Shown here: positions 27,690 through 34,747 of the stretch, one piece after another
Numbering within the stretch: position 1 is the first letter of the stretch
Layout of the letters: each line of letters starts with the position of its first letter
From: Candidatus Bathyarchaeia archaeon
Lineage (GTDB): Archaea; Thermoproteota; Bathyarchaeia; Bathyarchaeales; Bathycorpusculaceae
NCBI GenBank assembly: GCA_038883855.1
Contig: JAVZLH010000011.1
Location: forward strand, 1 to 34,747
Direction: 5' to 3'
DNA length: 34,747 nt
The notes under the pieces: model-generated
The model's database searches: none
The model's input: only the letters and a program-made list of their open reading frames with translations
What the model was told of the DNA's origin: nothing
Program-made: the position numbers and the translations under genes

Positions 27690-28862
27690 TCAATCCCTCC
27701 TATAAATGTGGACTGTCGCAGTGGCGCCTGAACCGCCAACGTTATGCGACAAACCTATTTTTGCCCCTTTCACCTGCCTTTTGTCAGCTTGCCCTGTTAA
27801 CTGCAAATAAATTTCATAGGCTTGAGCCGTTCCAGTCGCGCCTACCGGATGCCCCTTCGCCTTTAACCCGCCGCTCGTGTTTACTGGGATTCTTCCTCCA
27901 AGTTTTGTTTCACCGTTTTCCGCTAATTTTCCGCCTTCGCCGGACTTGCAGAAGCCTAAGTCTTCGTAGGCTATTATTTCGGCTATTGTGAAGCAGTCGT
28001 GAACTTCGGCAATGTCTATGTCTTCGGGTTTAATTCCAGCCATTTCATAGGCTTTTTTGGCAGCTATCTTTGCGGCTTTAATTGAAGTTAGGCTCTCCCG
28101 TTCATACAAGCCAATCGTGTCGCTTGCCTGTCCACTTCCAATAATGTGAACTGGCGTGTCCGTGTATTTCTTGGCTAGCTCAGGCTTTGCCAAGATTAGG
28201 CAGCTTGCCCCATCCGTTATAAGCGAACAGTCAAAAAGTTTAAGAGGCCAAGCGATAACCCGCGATGACAAGACTTGTTCCAAAGTGATTTCTTTTTGCA
28301 TGTGCGCTTTCGGGTTTAGGCTTCCGTGAAAGTGGTTTTTAACGGCAACAGCAGCCAACTGCTCTTGCGTAGTGCCATACACATGCATGTGCGCCGTCGC
28401 CATTAAAGCGTATAACCCTGGGAAGGTTATACCGTGCCACTGTTCAAAGGGGTAATCAGAAGCCATAGCCAAAAACTCTGTGACTTCAGGTGTGCTTCTA
28501 TGAGTCATTTTTTCAACGCCGCCTACCATGACGATGTCGCATAATCCTGAAAGAACAGCGTGAACAGCAGCTCTTAAGGCTACTCCAGAAGAGGCACAAG
28601 CAGCCTCGGTTCTAGTGGCGGGTACATGCAGCAAACCAGCCCAGTCAGCTGCTATCGCACCAGTATGTCCTTGATGTTCGTAGGCTTCGCCCATATGCCC
28701 AATAAACAATGCTTCAATATCCTTTTTTGGGTCTAGGTTTGGGCAGCGGTCAAACGCCTCTTTTGCTGCTTCCGCGAAAATTTCCCTAGCATATAAGCCT
28801 TCAAGCCTTCCAAATCTTGATAAACCGGCAGAAACTATCGAAACGAGAGGTTTGCCATTCAA
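27690..28862 (-). CDS. Archaeal-type thiolase (acetyl-CoA acetyltransferase)
   Basis: EAACASSG, GGVEKM, EVHDCF, GHPVGATG; TTG start at 28862 after AGGAGAGG. Confidence 0.93.
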   Translation of the reverse strand: MNGKPLVSIVSAGLSRFGRLEGLYAREIFAEAAKEAFDRCPNLDPKKDIEALFIGHMGEAYEHQGHTGAIAADWAGLLHVPATRTEAACASSGVALRAAVHAVLSGLCDIVMVGGVEKMTHRSTPEVTEFLAMASDYPFEQWHGITFPGLYALMATAHMHVYGTTQEQLAAVAVKNHFHGSLNPKAHMQKEITLEQVLSSRVIAWPLKLFDCSLITDGASCLILAKPELAKKYTDTPVHIIGSGQASDTIGLYERESLTSIKAAKIAAKKAYEMAGIKPEDIDIAEVHDCFTIAEIIAYEDLGFCKSGEGGKLAENGETKLGGRIPVNTSGGLKAKGHPVGATGTAQAYEIYLQLTGQADKRQVKGAKIGLSHNVGGSGATATVHIYRRD

Positions 28863-29195
28863 TTCGAAGCCTCTCCTTTTATTAAATGCTGTTAGGGAAA
28901 ACGAATTTTGCAGATACCAGTATTTAAATATGTTATCTGCTTGTTGATCTTTACTATGAAAAAGTTTAAAAATAGGCTTTATAGAAATCAAAGTCTTTAA
29001 GTGCTGCTGAAACCGCACCAGCGTATGGATCAAAGTTTCTGTTCCCCATACTTGTGGCTAAAGCACAAGTCTAAGGCTTTCAACAAATTTTAGAGTTTTC
29101 AAAATCTCTTCATTTTCATAGCCCACGAAAGTATAGGGTTTCTCGTTCACCTCAAGCCGAAAGTTCTTTATATTGCAGAAGAGAAAACTGATGCC

Positions 29196-29723
29196 ATGCC
29201 ATCCTGTCCTAATTGCGGTAAGGAAACTTCAACAGGCGCAGCCTTCTGCCCATCTTGTGGTGCAAGCTTTACTGCTGTGCCACCTTCACAGTCCCAAAGT
29301 GTGGCATCGCCCCCGCCTGCAGTAGTAGAAATCCCAATATCCTATATAGTTCAAACCACAACCATACCCTTCGAAAGTAAGGCCTCTCGCATCGAACTTC
29401 TAGTGAGAATCGTATGGTACATTCTAACATGGTTAGTAGGTGTAGTATACTCTATAATCTTCGGAATCATCATACTAATTTATGGCATCATCGCATTGAT
29501 TTTAAACATCATAAACTTCTTCATAATTCTGATCACTGGAAAACGCTGGAAAACCGCCTTTGACTGGCAAGCAAAGCTTATAGCACAAAGCGCGACCTAT
29601 TCCACAAGACTTTATAATTACTGGATGCGAAGAGCACCATACCTCGGACTCATGACAGACAAAAGACCAGACCTAGGAATGGAACCAGAACCATCTAAAA
29701 CGCCCGGTGGGTCTCCAGCCTAA
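29196..29723 (+). CDS. Zinc-ribbon membrane protein (DUF4389-like)
   Basis: CPNCG...FCPSCG, Pro-rich linker, SRIELLVR + TM + ITGKR. Confidence 0.8.
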   Translation: MPSCPNCGKETSTGAAFCPSCGASFTAVPPSQSQSVASPPPAVVEIPISYIVQTTTIPFESKASRIELLVRIVWYILTWLVGVVYSIIFGIIILIYGIIALILNIINFFIILITGKRWKTAFDWQAKLIAQSATYSTRLYNYWMRRAPYLGLMTDKRPDLGMEPEPSKTPGGSPA

Positions 29724-29992
29724 TAACACCAACGTTAATGCACATGCAACTTGCATACGCAGAGAAAAACAGAAGAATCGCAAAAACTCAACAAGAACCA
29801 ATGAAACACTGCTGATACTCGTCATAGCCTTAATAATAATTCAACTTTATTACTTCTAATTGCGGGCGGCTGGGCTCATTATTAGTCATTATTCAACGCC
29901 CTTAAACTTAAAATAGGCTTACATACCAGAATATCAAAAACCTAAACTACAAACTGAACTTAGGGGTTTACAAGCAAGAAAGGGATTGAATA

Positions 29993-30622
29993 TTGAAGCG
30001 GGAAAAAACCGAAGATTCGCGAAGAAAATTTTCAGAAGCCCTAAAAATTTCATGGGTTAGGTCATCCATAATTTTGGGACTAACACTGTTAGCTATAGGC
30101 TTAGCTGCAATTTTTATTCTGAAAGTTTTAAATGTTGGCAACACGCAGCTTTTCCTAGACGCAAAAACCTTTGTAAACGACTACGGTTTTTTGGGTGTTT
30201 TTTGCGTGACGATTCTTGCTGGAACCATCGTGCCTCTTGGAAGCCCAGCGTTGGTTGTTGCCGCAGCCTCTTTCGGATTACAGCCCATATTACTTACATT
30301 GGTTGCCACAGCGGGGTTTACGGTCGGCATGACAATAAACTATGGCTTAGCTTACCGCTTTGGGAGACCATATGTTATTAGGAAGGTCGGCGCGGATAGG
30401 CTTGAGGAAATGAAAAGTTTATGGAGCAAGTGGGGCTGGATAATTTACACAGTTTTTGGGTTTATCCCCTTCCTACCAGTTGAGCTCTTTGCACTGTTTT
30501 GCGGACTTTTGAAAACACGCCTTGCAACTTTTCTGGTCTTAAGTTTTACCCCTAGGCTTGTTGTTTTTGCAGTTTTAGCCCATTTTGGAGGGCGTATAGG
30601 CAGCTGGATTGGAATAATCTAA
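29993..30622 (+). CDS. DedA/VTT (SNARE-associated) membrane protein
   Basis: GMTINYGLAYRFG, IPFLP, F...SF..R motifs. Confidence 0.8.
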   Translation: MKREKTEDSRRKFSEALKISWVRSSIILGLTLLAIGLAAIFILKVLNVGNTQLFLDAKTFVNDYGFLGVFCVTILAGTIVPLGSPALVVAAASFGLQPILLTLVATAGFTVGMTINYGLAYRFGRPYVIRKVGADRLEEMKSLWSKWGWIIYTVFGFIPFLPVELFALFCGLLKTRLATFLVLSFTPRLVVFAVLAHFGGRIGSWIGII

Positions 30623-30683
30623 AAGAGACTGTGACCCACAAAAGCATGTTCTCAAATTCAATTGCATTTACTGTTTAAGGACG

Positions 30684-30919
30684 TTATTTTCTGATTGGTG
30701 GCGGAACAGTTAAGGTTTGGGTTCGACGCACACCTTTAACGCGTTGAAGCTTCTCAATTATTTTTCCAAGGTCTTCCATTTTAACGAATTCCCGTAGGCA
30801 ACAGCGTCGAACTGCCCAGTCACGGCGTGCGCCATCTTCACTCCTTCAATTTTAAGTGCTGCTTCTGCAACGCTCCATATCATGCCGGGCTCCGTGTTAA
30901 TTAGAATGTAGGCTTCCAA
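30684..30919 (-). CDS. Stand-alone Lrp/AsnC ligand-binding (RAM) domain protein, one frameshift at ~30792; absent from the ORF track
   Basis: MEAYILINTEPG...IEGVKMAHAVTGQFDAVAY / EFVKMEDLGKIIEKLQRVKGVRRTQTL; 236 nt is one base short of 79 codons. Confidence 0.85.
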
Positions 30920-30985
30920 TATTATCCCCGCCTAATTCTTTGCTGGGTGAAAGCATAAAAAATTTGGGGAATAAGTGCCTAAACA

Positions 30986-31591
30986 CTATTTGGAGGGACG
31001 CTTTTTTAAGAAGTTTCTGAGGGCGGTTCTAATCTCTTTTAATGGTAATGGTGCGCGGTGGAATTCTGGTTTGTAGGGGTGGGTTTCGCTTTCCAAAATT
31101 TCCGCAAGCCTAGCATAATAGTCTTCAAACTCTTTTAGGGTGTTGCTTTTGAACTTGAATATGGCTATGCCGCCTTTCGGCGCTTCCCAACGTTTGTCAT
31201 AGGCGTAAACTGGGTGGGCGTCCCCGAACTTTTCAATGTTTCTTTCAATTAAAATGTCTTTGTCAACGTTTAACATTATTAGTAAACGGTTAACTTCTCT
31301 AACCTTTGTTGTTAGGAGGAAATGGCGTGTCACGTTGTCTGGGGCTGTTGAGTCGATGACGACGCTGTAGCCGCTTTTAAGCAAAGCGTCTCGCAGTTCT
31401 GCAATCATTGAATAAACTAGGAACTCGTCTCGGCATGGATAAGCCTCGTAAAAGAACATTTCCCTCAGCTCATCGACGCCTATGCGGGCAAAGTGTGGAT
31501 AGTCGTTAACAAGCCTTTTCGCAAGCATGGTTTTGCCTGAACGTGGATAGCCGCTTAGGACAATGTTCCATAAGCCTTTGGCAACTCTCAT
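30986..31591 (-). CDS. P-loop kinase (AAA_33-like)
   Basis: GYPRSGKT, DELR, VVIDST. Confidence 0.85.
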   Translation of the reverse strand: MRVAKGLWNIVLSGYPRSGKTMLAKRLVNDYPHFARIGVDELREMFFYEAYPCRDEFLVYSMIAELRDALLKSGYSVVIDSTAPDNVTRHFLLTTKVREVNRLLIMLNVDKDILIERNIEKFGDAHPVYAYDKRWEAPKGGIAIFKFKSNTLKEFEDYYARLAEILESETHPYKPEFHRAPLPLKEIRTALRNFLKKRPSK

Positions 31592-31627
31592 CTTGCCACG
31601 TCTCAGAGCCTTTAAACCTAAGCGTGT

Positions 31628-32314
31628 TTACTTGATTATTAGTGGGTAAACTTCGTTTGCGACGTATTCCAGATACTTTTCCTTGTCTGTGATGTTGAAT
31701 ATGGTTACTGAAGCGTCGCGGGTTATGCCCACAACGTAGCCGTATTCCCTTGCCCTCGCAACAACATACCATAAATCGCCATGCCTACAGTAATCTTCGA
31801 AAAGCGAAGTGTTAATGAGGTCTGGACCATAAAGCGAAAGCTTATTCACATTTGGAATATCTACATTATCAAAAAAAGTAATCTTCGTATCCTCAGGGTT
31901 TTTTAAGTGGAAATCCCGCAAGTTTTCTGGAGGAATCCGCGCTTCCACAATGCCGCCTACTTTTTCGAATAAAATTTCGCTGAGTTTGTTGGCGATAAAA
32001 TTAGCTAGGCGCTTCTTCTCAACAACGGTCAAAAACGTGGAATCCTCGTATTGAGCGAAGCTGAACAGAGCTTCAACAGTGCGCGGTAAAGGCGCCACTT
32101 TACCCCTATGAAAAATGTGAATAACATAATCATGCGAGTAAACGCCTCTGAGCATTTCTTCTTTAGGCAGTAAGCCAACAACCTCAGATACAAGCGTAAA
32201 CTTGTGGTCTCCCTCCTCATAAGGCTCCTCTACGCGGTAGCCCTCAAGTCTAGAAGCAATTTCAGCTATGGAAAGCGACTCAGAAAGCCTAAAAACCTTA
32301 CCAGCAACGACCAT
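31628..32314 (-). CDS. Conserved-looking hypothetical protein (228 aa)
   Basis: Long ORF with normal composition, GAGGCGG site upstream; co-oriented with the kinase. Confidence 0.75.
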   Translation of the reverse strand: MVVAGKVFRLSESLSIAEIASRLEGYRVEEPYEEGDHKFTLVSEVVGLLPKEEMLRGVYSHDYVIHIFHRGKVAPLPRTVEALFSFAQYEDSTFLTVVEKKRLANFIANKLSEILFEKVGGIVEARIPPENLRDFHLKNPEDTKITFFDNVDIPNVNKLSLYGPDLINTSLFEDYCRHGDLWYVVARAREYGYVVGITRDASVTIFNITDKEKYLEYVANEVYPLIIK

Positions 32315-32539
32315 GTTTCCGCCTCTGACAAGTTCTTATGTTTCCATTAATAACTAAAGCTTTATGCTTAAGCCATATTCAATAATTTACTCTGCATTAA
32401 GTTTTATGCGCTTCTACAAGTTGCTCATCCAATCTACCTTTATTGATTGTTTGAATTTTTGGAATATTGTAGTTTTTGGTGACGTTTTGAAATTAGATAA
32501 TTTTTATATCTTGAATCAATTGTTATGAGGTGGTCGGAT

Positions 32540-33468
32540 ATGAGCCTAATATCAGTTGAAAATTTAGTTAAAAGTTATGGCAGAGTTGTTGCTGTGGACG
32601 GGCTTTCTTTAGAGGTTAAAGAAGGCAGCATTATGGGTCTTATAGGACCGAATGGCGCGGGAAAAACCACAACCATAAAGGTAATTTTGGGTTTGCTTAA
32701 ACCTGATAGTGGAACTGTTAGGGTTTTTGGTGAGGAGCCTTGGGACAATGATGAAATTAGGTCTAGGATAGGGGTTATTTACGAAAAGGCTTATTTCCCA
32801 TCCCATCACAAAGTCATTGATTATTTGAAAAGGGTTTGCAGAATCTTCGGCAAGCCCGAGTCGCGAGCCCGCGAGGTTTTGGCTTTGGCTAAGCTTGAGG
32901 ATGCCTACGATCGTCCCGTAAAAGGGTTGTCGGCTGGAATGCTTCAAAAGTTCGCTATAGCCCACGCCTTAATTAACGAGCCAGCCATTGTTGTGGCTGA
33001 TGAGCCGACTGCAAACCTTGACCCAGAAGCAAGAAGCTCCATATTAGACTTAATCCTCAAATTTCATCAAGATGAGAAGGTAACGTTTCTTATTTCTTCC
33101 CATATTCTTCCAGAACTAAGCAGAGTCTGCGAGTCCGTAGCCATAATAAACAGAGGGAAGGTTTGGGCTTCGGGTAGTTTGGCGGAACTTTCAGATAAGC
33201 TTGGAGCTAAAACCACAAGATATCCACGGACAATCCAATGCCTCTTGCAGAATTAATAAGGAAACTTGATTACGTTAACAGGGTAGGGGTGGACAGCAGA
33301 GGAATAACAGTAGGCGTAGTCAGCGGAAAAGATGAAAGGCTTTATGAAGATGTTCCGAAACTCGCAAAGCAAGCCAAAGCAAAAATTTTCGGAATAGAAA
33401 GTGGAACAGCGTCCCTTGAAGAGCTTTTTAGGCTTGCCGTTAAATCCAGTTCAGAAGGAGGCTCATAA
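32540..33468 (+). CDS. ABC-2 exporter ATPase, one frameshift at ~33220
   Basis: GPNGAGKTT, LSAGM, DEPT, SSH. One added A gives TTRISTDNPMPLAEL...SLEELF. Confidence 0.88.
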
Positions 33469-34298
33469 GTGGGGAAAGGAAGACCGTTCCTTGAAGTTTT
33501 CGCTTCCGCCCTTAACGAAGACTACAGATTTCCAATATTGGAAATTTTCGCTTTCCTTTACGCTTTAGGAACCTTTGCAATCGCCAGCGATATAACAGGA
33601 TTTCCTCAAAGTGGAGAAATCTATGTTTATAACTTAATTACCCTCTTATCAGGACTTCCACTTTTCATCTTTGTTATTCTCGTTTTCAAGAATGTAGCCT
33701 ATGGTTTGGGAAACGATTTGGAAAAGGGAGTAATCCAAACTTTGCTTTCATATCCATTAAGAAGGTGGAAAATTCTCACAGCAAAACTTCTTTCAGCACT
33801 AGGAATATCATTGCTAATGTTCTTAGGAATTCAGATTTTTGCTCTTTTCCTTTTAGCTCCAGAAGCCATAGCCACCAATGCAAACACGGTTTTATTAGTT
33901 TATGCATGTCAAGTTTGCCAAGCACTTTTTCTATCTGGAATTGTGCTTCTTTTGGCTTTATTATTAAAGAGGGTGGGTTAGCCATAGTCGTCGGAATTGT
34001 CTTCTATTTCGCTTTGGGAATAGTTTCGTCAATGGTGCTTTTCATTGCCTATGCAACAGGTGTAGACTTACCCTTAAGAATTTACGCTGTAATAAGCCCC
34101 AGCATAGCCCTGCAAATGTACTACATGCCCGAGATGGTATTCCCATTTACAAGAGAAATTTGGAAGCCGACTTTCACTGAGGTTCTCCTGTACTTAGGAG
34201 CTGGATACTTGATTGTTGCGATTATTTTCGTTTTAGCATACGTATATTTTGAAAGGAGGCTTGAAATACAATGTGGACAACCCTCATCGGAAGAATAG
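33469..34298 (+). CDS. ABC-2 permease, one frameshift at ~33971
   Basis: DLEKGVIQTLLSYPLRRWKILTAK. One added G joins KRGGLAIVV... to ...YFERRLE. Confidence 0.85.
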
Positions 34299-34747
34299 GC
34301 ACAGTTTTTCTGACAGTTGGGTTGGCTTTAGCCCTTGTTTCCCTCATTCCCCCAGCAATCAGATATACAACATCACAAACAGGGTGGATATCACCTGAGA
34401 AATATCAAATCATGCACTCCCAAGTTTACACACCTCAAACTGGCAAATTACAGTGAACTCGAACTGCACCGTGAAGCTTTACATTCTTGGCGTAAGCGCG
34501 TTTGAATTGATAAATTGGACGTTAAACTGGGTTAATGAAACCTATCCCAACTTAGAAGATTATCGAATATGGGATTCCATCCAAAATTTGACTGTTTTAG
34601 AATTGTTTCTGCAGGCGCATCCTCCAGACATTATTCTCTGGGAATCACCTTTAGAACAGAATATTACCCGCAACTACTTTCCGCCAACAGTCCTTAACGT
34701 TACGCTAATCGTTGCCAACCCAACTCTGAACATGGCAGAAGTTGAAG
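34271..34747 (+). CDS. Membrane-anchored protein of the ABC operon, frameshift at ~34445, runs off the window
   Basis: N-terminal TM. After GGCAAA the frame ITVNSNCTVKLYILG... stays open to the end. Confidence 0.7.

Noticed and set aside
28863-29033. 57-aa N-terminal extension on the thiolase
   Set aside because: Covers AT-rich promoter-like DNA; a TTG start with a good RBS exists at 28862.
1-34747. CRISPR array, IS/transposase, integrase, reverse transcriptase/DGR, rRNA
   Set aside because: No regularly spaced repeats, terminal inverted repeats with a transposase, or the relevant catalytic motifs were seen.

Overview
Archaeal chromosomal window. The gene repertoire (NitrOD5/DUF3227-type protein, PEF-CTERM-like tail, thiolase-DUF35, Tup system, GGTGA/GGAGG ribosome sites) suggests a TACK archaeon, probably Bathyarchaeia (inference). 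Left part: a PIN-protein tail, divergent tRNA-Arg(TCG) and tRNA-Ile(GAT), and surface-protein genes. Then ~2.8-14.4 kb is a rearranged, decaying head-tail provirus-like (or GTA-like) element. It holds a packaging operon (terminase large subunit translationally coupled to an ABC-ATPase/GNAT acetyltransferase fusion), a prohead-protease-like gene with a duplicated domain, a connector-like gene, an alpha/alpha-barrel protein and a divergent RHH regulator pair. An ApeA-like HEPN gene, a VapBC pair and a PadR gene interrupt it. No portal, major capsid, integrase or att site is visible. Right part is housekeeping: nrdR-nrdD-nrdG with an NrdR box, a stand-alone eukaryote-like two-domain Rpo5/RPB5, an S8 protease, modE-tupABC with a ModE box, a HAD hydrolase, thiolase/DUF35 and an ABC-2 exporter. 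Many single-base frameshifts fall in short homopolymers, including in housekeeping genes, so some 'pseudogenes' may be sequencing errors. All family calls come from motif recognition by eye, not database searches.
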